DNA from: Eledone cirrhosa
Taxonomy: Eukaryota
Length of the DNA: 64,000 bases
Assembly: GCA_964016885.1 (NCBI GenBank)
Contig: OZ024742.1
Location: 233,244,001-233,308,000, forward strand
Direction: 5' to 3'
The notes below the pieces were generated by a model. It made no database searches. It had not been told where the DNA came from and worked only from the letters and a program-made list of their open reading frames with translations. Below, one piece after another: positions 13,051-27,150 of this stretch (the stretch's first letter is position 1; every line of letters starts with the position of its first letter). The position numbers and the translations under genes are program-made.

Positions 13051-13795
13051 AACAGACTTGATCTTAATTTTGTTTCAAATATTTATTGTATATATTTGTT
13101 TGTTGCAGGTGGGGGGTGGGGTGGAACATTCGTAATTCCACACAAAATGTAAGATGCATTCGAGTTTCAATTCCCACTTAGAACACTTTCCTAATCCTAT
13201 TACAATACAATGGATGAAAAATTTCATAATCTACATAAGCCCAATCAGCCAACGTGAATATTGGATATTTTTTCCCGAATTGCTTACATTTCTGGTTTGT
13301 TTGTGCGTGGTGGTGGTGGTGGTGGTGGTGGTGCGGAGGAGAAACAGGCATGCTTGAGTGGTTAAGAACTTCATTTAACAGTTATAAGTCAATGGGTTCG
13401 AGCACGCTGTATAGCATCTTAAGCAGTGTCTTTTGCGAAGGCCTCTTGTTAACTCGAGTCTTGTGAGTCATGTGAGGAAAATCTGATAGACGGATACAGT
13501 GTGAAGTCTTGACGGATGGAATGTACCAAAGGATAGATTTGCAGCACGCTGATTCTGCTTGAGAATTACATTAAGGGTACAAATATCAACCACTTGCACT
13601 ATAATTCAATGGTTGATAGTTCAAGTGAATAAATATCGTCGAAGTCGGCGAAGAATGTATTATATATTGTGCTATATGTAAACGTACCTAGTAGTGTTTG
13701 TTTTGTATCTATCATGCACAATTCATTTTGCTTGTTAATTATGGAAATGTATGTGTGTATATATGTAAATATTATGTTTGTGTGGGCGTATGTGG

Positions 13796-13881
<86 letters not shown>

Positions 13882-13904
13882 GATAGATAGATACATAGAT
13901 AGAT

Positions 13905-14172
13905 AACTTTCTTTTTATTTGCCACCAGGGCATCAAAAAGTGGGACAAGTACAATGGGGGAAGTTTACGTAAAAAGGCGTCCTCAATAAGGAGGAGGCAA
14001 TAACAAGATATAAAAAATAATATATAAAATATAACAAAAATAAATTTAATAACAAAATCCTCAATAGGGAGGAGGTGCCTTGGGGGTCGCACACCCCCAC
14101 GAAAAAAGTGTGCAACCTTCTCCTCAGGAGCACAGAGAGGGGGTGCTCCCTTGATCTTTCATCTTCCTCAAA
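13905..14172 (-). mobile_element. Tx1-like LINE 3' UTR-only insertion within (GATA)n
   Basis: Similar to 16553-16790 (ttctttttatttgccaccagggca...ctcctcaggagcacagagaggg), with gatagata runs on both sides. Confidence 0.65.
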
Positions 14173-14701
14173 TAGATAGATAGATAGACAGATAGATATA
14201 GATATACTTAACTAAATACAGCATAATACGACAAGTAATACGATAAAATCAATATAACAATATGTATGTAAGAATGTATGATGAGTGATAGAAATCTGCA
14301 TCCACTCGTACACACATCCATGCCAACGCATAAACATGTGTGTAGATATTCGTGCAGGTGGCTGAATGGAGGGTACACGTAAGGTGGTATATGGGTGGAT
14401 GCTAGGTCATGCTATGACCATAATACACTACAACATATCGTAGATGATCAAAATTCAATATGGTATAGTAAGTATAACGTGTTATAACACAAGACACTTA
14501 TAATGTACCATAAAATAACCTAACAAGGAAGGTGAGTATTAGGGAAATAGAAGAAAAACAAACAAAAGATAGATACACATATTAATATATATGCACATAT
14601 CTATATATATATATATTATACATAACGACATATACGCACACGTATTTGCCTAACATACGATAACATAATATGACAAATATCGGGCAATATAACAACACGA
14701 A

Positions 14702-14761
<60 letters not shown>

Positions 14762-15651
14762 ATATATGTGTATATATATATATATTTATTTTCTTGATAT
14801 ATTTCTTTTTTCTTTTTTCTTTTTTCTTTTTTCTTTTTTCTGTTTTTCTTTCTATTCTTTCCTCTTTAATGTTTTATTTATTATATTTTATTTTTTTATT
14901 TTTTTATTTTTCTTAGTTTATAGATACATTTATATTAGGCAGTCTGCTCAGACAGTTGAATACTGACCCCTCCCCCCCCCCCTCCCACCTAATTTCTGTA
15001 TCTTGATCTAAAAATGTGTGTGCCAGTGTTTTATGTGAGTGAATTAATATCCATGTGCTTATGATTTTATATCCACATATATAAATGTGAGTGGGGGTGT
15101 GTGTGTGTTTGTATGTTCGTGGTTATGTGTATATTTATGCATATACGCGCGTGTATGTGTGATTGTACGGATATGTGTGAGTATGAAAAAATATATTTAT
15201 ATACTTGACTCCATAAGTGTCAATACGCATCTTATCTGCGCATTGTAAACTTACAGAGACATTAACCTTGAAATTTTGTATTTGCATCCATCCTTTTAGT
15301 ATGCGTATACAAATTATACATACATTTTTGTAAAATATGTGTAAGGGTTTTACATGTATATACACACACCGAACTGCATTTAACCCTTTGTGTTTTCATT
15401 GGTCAATTTTGAACTGAAATTTTGAATTGTTGTTATTATCAATAAATATACTTCATTATTTCTGAAGACGGCGTATATATGTGTTTGGTATGTATATTTA
15501 ATCTTGATAATTTGTATAATTTTGTATAATTTTGTACATAGATCTGTTGAATATGCATACCAATTCTAACACATATATATCCTAGAAACGATCGTTAAAT
15601 AATGAACTTTTTTTGTTTAATATAAGGAATTGTTTATTCATTATTTGTTTA

Positions 15652-15715
<64 letters not shown>

Positions 15716-16104
15716 ACAAGAAAGATGAACAGACCTATTCAATATTTAATTTTAAATTTTAAATTTTTAATTCTTTTTAATTCTTTTTAATTGTAAAATA
15801 TTCAACATTTGATAAAATGGTTTACACTGTTACATCGAAACCAGTTATATTTTATATATTTTATATACATTATAAAACTCCTTTTTTTAAAAGAACTGTT
15901 CGTCTCATTTTTTCAATAATGTCACTTTGACGAATCAAAGAAGAAAAAAAGAAAAACAGATCCTTAAATATATTTTTTGTGTGCTATTTCCAATTCCACC
16001 TTTTTTTCTATAACCCCTGTTTTGTATAGAACCTTACCCCCTTTTCAAATATATATATATATATATACGTATGATATGATACATTGATATATAAGTATAT
16101 ATAC

Positions 16105-16506
16105 GGTCACGAATACAAGCGGCAGAAATGGGTTCCTCCGAAGGGTTTTGGAGTAACGTTACTCGATAGAGTGCATAGCTCGGAGATCAGAGGGTCACTC
16201 CAAGTAGAACCACTACTTCTTCGAATTGACAGAACACAGCTACGATACTATCGGCATGTGGTTAGAATGTCTTAGGAAAGAAGCGCTGGACAAATTTTAC
16301 GGGCAAAACCAACCTACAGGAGACCCAGGGGTAGACACCCAGCAAGATGGTTGGAGACCATCCATAAGCTCGGCTGGTCCCACTTGGGGATTCAGGCGGA
16401 TCAGTTAGAGATGATTGTTTCCGACAGAACGCACTGGAAGGAGTGTTTGAGGACTCTGCAACCACGACCCTCTCAGGAATAAGTGGACGAAGAAGAAAAA
16501 GAAGAA
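16105..16506 (+). mobile_element. RTE-clade LINE 3' fragment
   Basis: GVTLLDRVHSSEIRGSLQVEPLLLRIDRTQLRYYRHVVRMS, ending in gaagaagaa. Homologous to 127-495. Confidence 0.8.
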
Positions 16507-16552
16507 TCTCTCTCTCTCTCTCTCTCTCTCTGTATGGCTAGATAGATAGATA

Positions 16553-18852
16553 AATTTCTTTATTAGCCACAAGGGCACAAAAGAAGAGGACAAATATAAA
16601 TGGGGAGTTTACATACAGGTATATGAAAATAAAACTATTAATAAAAATAACAAATAACAATTGAAATCCCCAATAGGGGGGAGGCGTTACACAGGGTTGT
16701 ACACACACCCCAAAAATGTACAACCCTCATCTCCAGGAGCACCAAGAGCGAGTACTCCCCTCCTCTCTTCCTCTTTTTCCTCAACCTACAGGCTTATATA
16801 GAGAGAAGGCCCAACCACTCGAGCCATCTTTGCCACATTCACCCACCTTTTATAAAATTTGCTGGGGTACAGCACCTCTCTCTCCATCCTGATTCTTCTT
16901 CCAAAATGATATTTGAAAAAACGAATCAGTTGTTGGCCGGAGAGAAAGGTGTCTGACCTCAGCCCTTTTAACCTCGTCCACCATATAACCTCTTTCACCA
17001 TGGCCATAACACATAGGAAGACCGCCTCTCCCTCGTTTTTGAATGAGAGTGGAGGTTTGATCATGACAATGGACTCGGTGGTCAACTAGATTGGTCCCAC
17101 CCGCGACAATAATCATTCTACATAGCCCCACAGGTCGGTAACGCCCGGGCAGTGTACAAATGCGTGCGCGACGGTTTCCTCGTCTCGCACGCATCTCGGA
17201 CATATCTTTTTCAAAGGGTCCTTGCCCGGGCGCCCATGTCTGTAGAGCTTGTCTCGAACTGGTAGAGCTCCTCGGTAGCGCTGCCAGGCCAGGGACTTTT
17301 GGAAGTTGTCAATTGGTCCCGGGCGGAAGGTCCTACCGAACAGACTGGCCAGTTCGTCCTCCTCTACGCCCAGAGTTTCTCCGAGCGCGTCGTCGCACTT
17401 GCTGCGGACCAACCGTCTATAGAATGACGATGTGGAGTCTCCACTGATCACCGGATCCGTTTGCCAGAGGACTGTAAGCGCCTGAGCACATTCGATGTGC
17501 CAGTCGCCCATTTTTCTCGGTCTTTGCTTGACCCAGGTCTGCAGCTCGGTCAGCGAGACGAGTCGTGGGAAGGCTCGCCTCACGAACGGGGCCCACACCG
17601 GTTGTCCGGTGAGGAATACGTAGAGATGCCGCAGTCCGAGCGCGTGTTGCGCATCGTCAGCCACAGCATCCCCAGCCCTCCGTTCGAAGGGTGTTGGCAG
17701 CAGATGGATCTTCTCACAAAAGGAGCCCGCCTCTTCCAAAGGAATTGGAAGAGCGCGCGCTCCAATTTGGTGAGCGTTTTGGCTGGATAAGGCACGACGG
17801 TCAAGCGGTAGTAGATAACGGACGCTATAAAAGTGTTCGCCACCTCCGCTCGACCTTTCAAGGATAGTTTGCACTCGGCCCACTTCTGGGTGAGTGCAAA
17901 CACCTTGGCCGTCACTTCGTTCCAGTTCTTCTCCACCTGGAGGTCCGGACCAAACCAGACCCCGAGCAGCTTTACCGGTCCTTCCGTCCAGCGTCCGACG
18001 ACGCAATCGGAAGGCATCGGTTTGCCTCTCCACGATCCGAGTTGCAAACCGATGGACTTGTCCCGGTTCAGCTTCGCTCCTGTGAACCTTTCGTATTCCT
18101 GCAGTAAGGTGCCGACTTCCTCGATTTGCGAGGTGCTCGACACAATTACTGTCACGTCGTCGGCGTAGGCCGACGCCGCTTTTCGCAGTCCCGGTTCCAG
18201 AGGGATGTCCTGCAATAGCTCCAACTTCCGCAGTAGTGGTTCGAGAGTCAGTACGTACAAAAGGGAGGAGAGAGGGCATCCCTGTCGAATGGATCGCGTG
18301 ATATGGAACGGTTCCGAGAGGAAGCCGTTCACCTTGACCCTTGATCAGATGTTGCTGTTGTGCATTGCAGCAATCCAGCCCCTGAACATGGGTCCGAAGC
18401 CTGCCGCCTCGAGCACCGCATCCAGATAACGATGGTCAACCCTATCGAAAGCCTTAGACTGATCCAAGTTGATCTGGGCCCCACCGAAGCCGGGTTTACA
18501 CCCTACCCTCTTTATGATGTATCGCATGAGGTGGAGGTTGTCGTGTATGGACCTGGTCGGGATTGCGCATGTCTGCGCTTCTCCCACCAGGTTTCCGACG
18601 ACAAGCGCCAGCCTCTTTGCCAATACCTTGGCCCAAATCTGTAACTCTGTGTTTAGCAGAGTTATGGGCCGGAAGTTGCCTATGTCATCCCCCTTATTCT
18701 CGTCATTCCTGACTAGTGTGACTAGGCCCCTGGTCACAGAACTGGGAATTCTCCCGTTCTGCTGTCAGTTGCAGTAGACCGCTTCCAGGAGACCGGAGAA
18801 CAAGTCCGGCATTGCTACGTAAAATTCGTAGGGTAGACCGTCGAGACCTGGA
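16553..18852 (-). mobile_element. Tx1-like LINE, 5'-truncated 2.3 kb copy (RT, C-terminal CCHC knuckle, 3' UTR) with a few frameshifts
   Basis: NFRPITLLN, LDQSKAFDRVDH, IRQGCPLS, YADD, and CPRC..DEETVAHAFVHC across ORFs 18345-18737, 17580-18332, 17113-18279 and 16786-17085. aataaa near the 3' end. Confidence 0.92.
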
Positions 18853-18863
18853 GATAGATAGGT

Positions 18864-18956
<93 letters not shown>

Positions 18957-19167
18957 GAGGGAGAGTGTGTGTATGTGTTAAAGAAAGAGAGAGAAAGAGA
19001 GGGAGAGGGAGTGAGTGTGTGCATGTGTCAGGGAGAGAGAGAGAGAGAGGGAGAGAGAGAGAGGGGTGAGAGAGAGAGGGGTGAGAGAAAGAGACAGACA
19101 GAGAGGGAAGTAGTGTGCATGTGACACACACAAACAGAGAGAAAGAGAGAAAGAGAGAAAGACAGAA

Positions 19168-19230
<63 letters not shown>

Positions 19231-19566
19231 GAGAAGGAGAGAAAGAGAAAGAGAGAGAGAGAGAGATTAGTGATAAAAATAGGAGAAATAACTATTTGAT
19301 TATCTTGATAAATTTGGGTAAAAGTTGTGGGAGATGTGGAATTCTATCGTGCATATTCAAAAATCATGAGGGTCATTTGGAACGTGTGGTCGTTAATATT
19401 GCTGTTGCTTAAAATAGACAAGCAAATCCTTTTTTAATGGCGTTCATTTCTAAGTGTTGGAGCAAATTAGGTATGCATCGCAGTAAAGCTGTCAAGACCA
19501 CCGTCTCCCAAATATCATTTCAGATGTAACAATTGGATATGCACACACACTAAGGCACACACATGC

Positions 19567-19623
<57 letters not shown>

Positions 19624-19877
19624 TAGTAATAATAATAAATATGAAGACTAAAATCCATTATGAAGATCCCGTTAAGGGTGAAAGCAGCGATTCTTTGCTT
19701 AAACTTTAATCTGCTATTTTAATATATATATATATATAAAAGCAAAAGGGATATTTAATTTATATATATATACAAAGATACATATATATGTATAAGAATA
19801 AACGTGCTGCGTGGTTGCTAATGGGTTACATATGAATAAAGTTAGTCCTTCATCAGTGATCTTCCAACCATCATTGG

Positions 19878-19918
<41 letters not shown>

Positions 19919-20073
19919 CAAAAGGGATATTTAATTTGTTGGTAATTCAACAAATATATATGTTTATAACTGATTCGAAGCACTCGACAGATTTTGGAGT
20001 TTTGGTACCCTTGAAATATATTTAACAGAATAAATATGGTTTTATAAATATAGTTTCCATTTATTAATATCAT

Positions 20074-20125
<52 letters not shown>

Positions 20126-20130
<5 letters not shown>

Positions 20131-20232
20131 AACAAGCATACTTGTTCCTATTACCCACTCTACTACCCTAAGTATCGAGTACTTTGGTGTGTTATCATCC
20201 ATCTGGTTCCTTACCACATTTACTTCGTTATA
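20126..20232 (+). mobile_element. Family F PLE-like hairpin plus tail element, minimal copy
   Basis: Hairpin ataggaacaag-cata-cttgttcctat followed by the 80-nt tail also seen at 33568-33646. (TA)n on both sides. Confidence 0.75.
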
Positions 20233-20352
20233 TATATATATATATATATGTATATCTTGTGTGTGGATATATATATATATACATATATATATAGAGAGAG
20301 AGAATGGGTATAACTCGAAGTTGCAGCCGCAGTATAGCAGATATTAATAGAA

Positions 20353-20490
20353 TGTGAAAGTGCGTGGCTTAGTGGTTTGGGTATTCGGTTCACAATTATA
20401 AGGTGGTGAGTTCGATTTCCGGCGGCGCTTTGTGTCCTTGAGCAAGACACTATATTTCACGTTGTGTCAGTTAACTCAGCTGGCAAAAGG
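20353..20490 (+). mobile_element. tRNA-headed SINE, third family
   Basis: A box tggcttagtgg, B box gagttcgatt, then tgtgtccttgagcaagacact. Confidence 0.7.
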
Positions 20491-20714
20491 ACTAGCCTTA
20501 TCATATTTTGTGTCCCTTGCACATTAATTTCACGAACTGTTATATATGTAATGTTATATATGTAATGTACTGTTATATATGTAATGTACTGGGTAATTGC
20601 TGGCCTTGTGCCAATAGTAGAAACAATTAATTTCACGAACTGTTGCGTTGACCGTATCAACTAGAAGACGCATCTTCGTAGCCGACAGAGTACTAGTTTT
20701 TTGTATATATATAT

Positions 20715-21125
20715 CCTCATTTGTTTGACAGCTGAGAGAAAGGAGTATTCAATAACGAAGGAGAGTTTTAATATTCATTTCATTAAGGCTAAATAGTGAG
20801 TCTTGTTACTGCAGACGAAACTCCAGACTATCAAGACTCAATATTTAGCCATAATATATATATATATATATATAAATATAAATGTATATATATATGTATG
20901 TGTGTGTGTATATATATATCCGCATTTGTTTGACAGCTGAGAGAAAGGAGTATTCAATAACGAAGGAGAGTTTTAATATTCATTTTATTAAGGCTAAATA
21001 GTGAGTCTTGTTACTGCAGACGAAACTCCAGACTATCAAGACTCAATATTTAGCCATAATATATATATATATATAAATATAAATGTATATATATATATAT
21101 GTGTGTGTGTGTATATATATATATG
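20715..21125 (+). repeat. Tandem duplication of a unit of about 205 bp containing a hairpin with a degenerate minimal hammerhead core
   Basis: 20715-20918 and 20919-21125 are nearly identical, with hairpins at 20787-20850 and 20992-21055. Confidence 0.8.
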
Positions 21126-21131
21126 TATGTT

Positions 21132-21204
<73 letters not shown>

Positions 21205-21304
21205 ATGCAGGGTATCCATCTAGTACTGAAGCGGCTCCTACACTATACAGTGGTGGCCATAACTGGAACCCCAAACCTAAAGTCATGCGTGCATGTTAAG
21301 TGTA

Positions 21305-21357
<53 letters not shown>

Positions 21358-21360
<3 letters not shown>

Positions 21361-21693
21361 GTGTATTCCCGGCATTCGCAGTCCTGGTTATTCGCGGAAT
21401 TTTCCTAACTAATAATTGTTCGCGGAATCGTAAATATCTTCCGCGATTTTTTTATGGTTTTTTTCTTGACAATATATATTTTTTGAACGCTAAATTATTA
21501 CTAACAATATACAGTATTTGCTGGCCTATTGGATGCCGCTTCGCATAAGACGGTCCCTCTTTTTTAAAAATTATATTTTACGTTATATTTTGACGTCTAT
21601 AGGGAGTTTTATGGACCACGTCCGACATTCGCGGTTTTTCACACTTCGCGGGTGCTCTAGGAACGTAATCCCGCGAATACCGGGTTACAACTA
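21358..21693. mobile_element. MITE (Tc1/mariner-pogo/Tigger-like) with degenerate TIRs
   Basis: Ends tagtgtattcccggcattcgc / gcgaataccgggttacaacta in TA context. Homologous to 33018-33370. Confidence 0.7.
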
Positions 21694-21694
21694 C

Positions 21695-21760
<66 letters not shown>

Positions 21761-21809
21761 TAATAATAATAATAAAAGAACGATTTGTTATGCTTTCATT
21801 ACGTTTATT

Positions 21810-21902
21810 GAGTGGTGACGCGCGTTTCGCTATTGATCAGCTCAAGTTTCGATCTGTATCGATATTACCCGACTCTAGAATCAAACGCTCGTCAGACCTC
21901 AC
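21810..21902 (-). ncRNA. Predicted type I hammerhead ribozyme with long stem II and palindromic stem III
   Basis: Minus strand: gaggt-CTGACGA-gcgtttgat...atcaatagc-GAAA-cgcgcg-TC-accac. A second, mutated copy (CCGACGA) lies at 23041-23132. Confidence 0.7.
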
Positions 21903-22011
21903 CTGGATGAACCTACAGTAATTGCACATTACACTCTACACACACACACATATATATATATATATATTTATAATGTATGTATACACATAAATGTATGAAT
22001 AGATATATGTG

Positions 22012-22054
<43 letters not shown>

Positions 22055-22511
22055 CTATACATCTTCATATACTCAGATACACACAAATATTTTTTCTCTA
22101 TTAAAAATTACTTTTCCTTAACGTGTACAGCAAATATCGGCTAAGGGAGTATCTAAACCATTTTTTTTTTTATTTTTTTTTTTTTTGACAGAATGCCCCT
22201 AGCTAGAATCAGTATAACCGGAGGCGGCAGAGTGTGCTGTGCAGAACGACAGCGAGTCGAACTTTCGACATCTCATGTGTACGTCACGTCCTGCGCGTGC
22301 TAGCTGTTACTTTTAGAAGAATAGCAACCAAACGATCGTGAAGCTGCACTATCTTCGTAAATGTGCGGGTGACGTACAGAACAGCATTCACTGAACTGAC
22401 TACATGTCTGATGAGCTGGTACTTATTTTCATATAACATCCCACTGGCAGAACTCATTATCAGATGCAACTAAGAGATAAAGATAAATTACGGTGTTGAA
22501 TAAACAATATA

Positions 22512-22632
<121 letters not shown>

Positions 22633-22683
22633 TGTGTGTCTGTGTGTGTGCATGCTTACGCATATATACATATAAATATATGT

Positions 22684-22729
<46 letters not shown>

Positions 22730-22730
<1 letters not shown>

Positions 22731-22992
22731 ATAATTGTTTTTACTTTAGGCACAAGGCCAGCAAATTACCCAGTGCATTACTGGATAATAATGATTTCTA
22801 GTATAGGCACAAGGCTAGTAATTTGGGGGGAGGGGAAAGTCGATCAAATAGACCCCAGTACGCGACTGGTACTTTATTTTATCGACCTCGTAAGGATGAA
22901 AGGCAAAGCTAACCTCGGCGATTAAAAGCTAAAGGGCTGTAACTCTATGCTGCAAAGCATAGCGTCCGACCCTCTACCAATATTGCCAATTG
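22730..22992 (-). mobile_element. Major SINE, partial plus full copy
   Basis: Family core present. Confidence 0.85.
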
Positions 22993-23247
22993 ATAATAAT
23001 AATAAAAAGAACGATTTGTTATGTCTTCATTACGTTTATTGAGTAGTGACGCACGTTTCGCTATTGATCAGCTCAAAGTTCGATCTGTATCGATCTAGTC
23101 CGACTCTGGAATCAAAAGCTCGTCGGACTTCTGCTGTGGTAATGACAGATTGAACCTGTAGGGTTTATAAAGGTCTATAACGATTCATATTCATTTATGG
23201 TGGTCAGTTTTAGTTCGTTTTGATTGGTTGCTTTGCTATATATATAT

Positions 23248-23865
23248 TGGTGAGGAGGGTGATTTTGGACACCCTGCAGGACAGAAGCAAAACCTGACAA
23301 AGGGCGGAAGAACCCATAAGACTCAACGGCCATCCGAAAATGTGTAAATATGTATATACATATGTATATATATATGTGTGTATGTATATACATGTATATA
23401 TGTATATATGTATATATATGTGTGTATGTATATATGTATATATGTGTGTATGTATATATGTATATATGTGTGTATGTATATACATGTATATATATGTATG
23501 TATATGCGCGGGAACATAGAAACAATCGGGTTGGATACCCGATCGCGCGGTTAAACCACTGGGAGTGAAGGACCCCTAGCCTTTGTCAGGGCATTCTTCT
23601 AGGAGAAGGCAACTCAAGAAACTGGGATAGCTCCGATATAAAACCTGTGGCTCAGTAGTTACCGATGATGTTGATCTTTTCTTCTTTTCGGGTTATAGCT
23701 AGTGTCGCTCAGAGAGTGGGATTGGCTCAGTGCACGGTCTTTCCCAACTTAAAAAAAATTTCTTCACGCACAGGCATTGCACGATAGCATTAGTTGATAA
23801 TTATTAATAATGTTATATTGTGCAATGGCCATACTCGATAACGAGGGGGCAGCCATCATCATTAT
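23248..23865 (+). mobile_element. Non-coding (TGTA)n-associated interspersed repeat, in two parts separated by a microsatellite
   Basis: 23248-23340 matches the reverse complement of 26385-26490. 23503-23865 matches the reverse complement of 58815-59150. Shared motif ctaggagaagg(c/a)aact. Confidence 0.7.
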
Positions 23866-23908
23866 GTATATATTTATTTATATATATATATATACATATA
23901 TATATATG

Positions 23909-24105
<197 letters not shown>

Positions 24106-24609
24106 GAAAGGTATATATATATATAGTTAATAAATGAAACAAAACAAAACAAAACGCAGGCAAAATTACAGTTATATTAAGGTTCACGCATATATATATA
24201 TATCGATTTATAGTATTAGAACAAGACCATATATTAGTGGGAGAGAGGAGGCAGGGGAGTATAGTTTGTTAAAGCATTTGAGGCAGTTTTTATCGATTCC
24301 GATTTTTTTTCCTTCTAAATTACGATGAAACTGTTGAGGAGCGGCAAATACACAAGATCGGTTGATTAACGGATGAATGCCTCCAGGTATTTAGTTATAG
24401 CCCTTAACATTTTCACTTCAAACCCGCAAAGATCAATTTTCACCTTTCCGGAGACGATAAAATGTAAATATTAGTCAAGTCCTGGCGTCATGGTAAGCGA
24501 CTGTTATCTCGCTCCGTAATATGTGACATTTTCAGTTAATATTCGGAAAAATGTATCTTGATACTTAGATATTATACACACACCGGCACATACATACATG
24601 CATAAATGA

Positions 24610-25422
24610 TTTGTTGCCAGGAAGCTCCAGAGTGAGAGTAATATAGATAAGCAAAGTAGTCTATCTTGGACCAACAACCGATATATTGGCTCCCACTTTG
24701 AAGGATACGCTTTTGCAATCCAAGAACAGGAAATCAACACAAAGTACCTGAAAAAATAGCCCCGATAATAAGCACATTAATAGCTACAGTAATGTGGAAG
24801 ACATACATAATATGAAAGTGTACTGGTGGAATGTTCCAGTAAAAACCTCAATAAAATGCAGGCATAACAGACCAGATATAATGATATGGGACGGGGAAAA
24901 GAAGCCATGCACAGCAGCGGAAGTTAGCTGCCCAGCATAATATCAAAGATTAGCGAAAAGGAGAATATTTATGCAGAACTAATGAGAAATCTGCAGATAC
25001 TCCACCCTGACTATACCTTCAGATTTATGCCTGTTATTATTGGGGCAGTGGGATATGTTAGTAACTGCCTCAATACAAATCTTGAGAAGCTGGGCTTCAC
25101 AGAAACAGAAAGAACATTACTTGTTAGGAAATTACAAGTACAATCCAGTAAAAATATGTAAAACATTCCAAAAATTCTGCATCTAATAACACATATACAC
25201 ATGTACAGATACAACGCATATACACATGCACACATACAACTCAAAACATCACATCCACACATACAATAACATCCATATCTACACAATGCATGCATGCAGA
25301 CATACATATTTACCTAGTTGATGTTGTGTAAATTCCAATGAGAGAGTCTTGTGACTATGTTAAAAACCGACTCTCTCTCTCTATTGGCAAACATTTGTGA
25401 AATTATAAAACCAGATGAACAT
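24610..25422 (+). mobile_element. R4/Dong-like LINE 3' fragment (restriction-like endonuclease end plus 3' UTR) ending in (CATA)n
   Basis: High nucleotide similarity to 57750-58782 with an internal deletion. Encodes HNRPDIMIWD, EVSCP and FMPVIIGAVG. Confidence 0.8.
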
Positions 25423-25489
25423 ACATTCATGCATGCATAGACACATACATTCATGCATGCATACATAATACATAGATAATACATACATA

Positions 25490-26568
25490 CACTGGCTGCA
25501 TCACAGTTTAGAGAATTGCCATCCCTTGACATACATGGGTGGCACGAACATGACTTTTTAGCCCTCCAATGACTTAGATTCCTTTCTGCATCTGCTGTAG
25601 CGGAAAAAAAAAAGAAAGAAAAGGCCACGCTATAGCAACACAGGTGGAAGCCATTTAGATCAAGTGGTACCTGTGTATTAGACCAATTCCTCTCTCTGAA
25701 TGATGTCTGGTATCCAAAAAAAGCAGGTTAACATAATTGGTTGTCATTGAGTCGCATGTTTTACATCATAGTTTTCCTTCTCCTAGAATAATGTCCTAAC
25801 AAGAATTGGGGGTCACTCAGTCCCGGTGTGTTAATCGTGCTCTCAGGCACCAAATCGACTAGTTCCATGTCCCCGCGCATAACGAATACATACATACATG
25901 CATAACATACGTGCATACATACATACATACATACATACATACATACATACATACATACATACATACATACATACATGGTGGCTGCCAACTCGTTTTCGAG
26001 TACGGCCACTACTTTATATCTATGTAGGAGAACTCCTACCGATGCGCTGAACGAGTGTGACTTTTTAGTCCAGCCAGTGACTTCAAAACTCTGGTACAAA
26101 CACTACACTTGTGACAATTATTGACACATAGTGCTGGGCCCATGGTACCATGTGACGACAAGTGCAGAGAGATCTCCAGATATAAAGCAATGCCTGTGCC
26201 GTGAAGCTTTTATAGTGAGCAAAGGCACTGCACAAAGCCAGTCACACTCTTAACCAAGATGATATTTACCAAAAAGAAGAACAAATCAACATCATTGGAT
26301 ACCATCAGGGTTGCAGGTGATATATCAGAGTTTTCCTTCTCCTAGAATTCTGCCTTGACAAAGGCTAAGGGGTCATCTCTCCCGGTGATTTTGGATGGCC
26401 ATTGACTCTTAAGAGCTCCTTTTCCCTTTGACAGGTTTTGTTTTTAGTCCTGCAGGATGTCCAAAGTCACCCTCCTCACCAAGAAACCTTGGTGGGGTTG
26501 CCAGTTTAGTCGCCAACGACCCGACCATGAGACAGGTTGTACTGGGATACATGTTTACCAGTAGCACC
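25490..26568 (-). mobile_element. Two tandem members of the (TGTA)n-associated non-coding repeat (25490-25905, 25976-26568)
   Basis: Both contain gttttccttctcctagaat, begin after catacat with ggctgc, and are bounded by (CATA)n. Confidence 0.65.
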
Positions 26569-26959
26569 ATACATACATACATACATACATACATACATAC
26601 ATACATACATACATACATACATACATACATACATACGAACATACATATTTTTAATGTCTGCGTACGTTTCTATACAGGTGATAATGGTACATACATATGT
26701 AAACAATAATTTAATCGGAAACAGTTAATTAGCAATTATTTACACAAAACATAATATAAATGCATATAGTCGGGAATTACGAAAAAAGATATAGTTTAAT
26801 CAAATTCAAATTATCAGAATAGATACTATATCAAATGTTGGACATGGGCAAACATTTAATGAAGACCGCACATGAAATGGTTGTAAGAGATGGTATTTAT
26901 AGGTTGCGGAAAAAGGCATTACTTCATCATTATTAATAATACTATTATTATTTCTTGTA

Positions 26960-27150
26960 AGGGCGGTGGATTGGCAGTATCGGTAGAGGGTCGGACGCCA
27001 TGCTTTCCAGCATAGTTACGTCCCTTTACGATCTGAGTTCAAATCCCGCCGAGGTTGACTTTGCCTTTCATCCTTACGGGGTCGATAAAATAAAGTACCA
27101 GTAATGCACTGGGTATTTGCTGGCCTTGTGCCTAAAGTAGAAACAATTAT
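26960..27150 (+). mobile_element. Full-length major tRNA-derived SINE (reference copy for this window)
   Basis: A box tggcagtatcgg, B box gagttcaaatccc, central gcctttcatccttacggggtcgataaaataaagtacc (resembles the conserved MetaSINE-type domain, from memory), and an attatt tail. Confidence 0.9.

Noticed and set aside
22400-22465. CTGATGA at about 22408 as a hammerhead
   Set aside because: No GAAA, stem III or cleavage-site segment. It instead pairs loosely with ctcattatcag downstream.
26960-27050. tRNA gene
   Set aside because: A and B boxes are present but there is no cloverleaf. It continues into a SINE body repeated many times.
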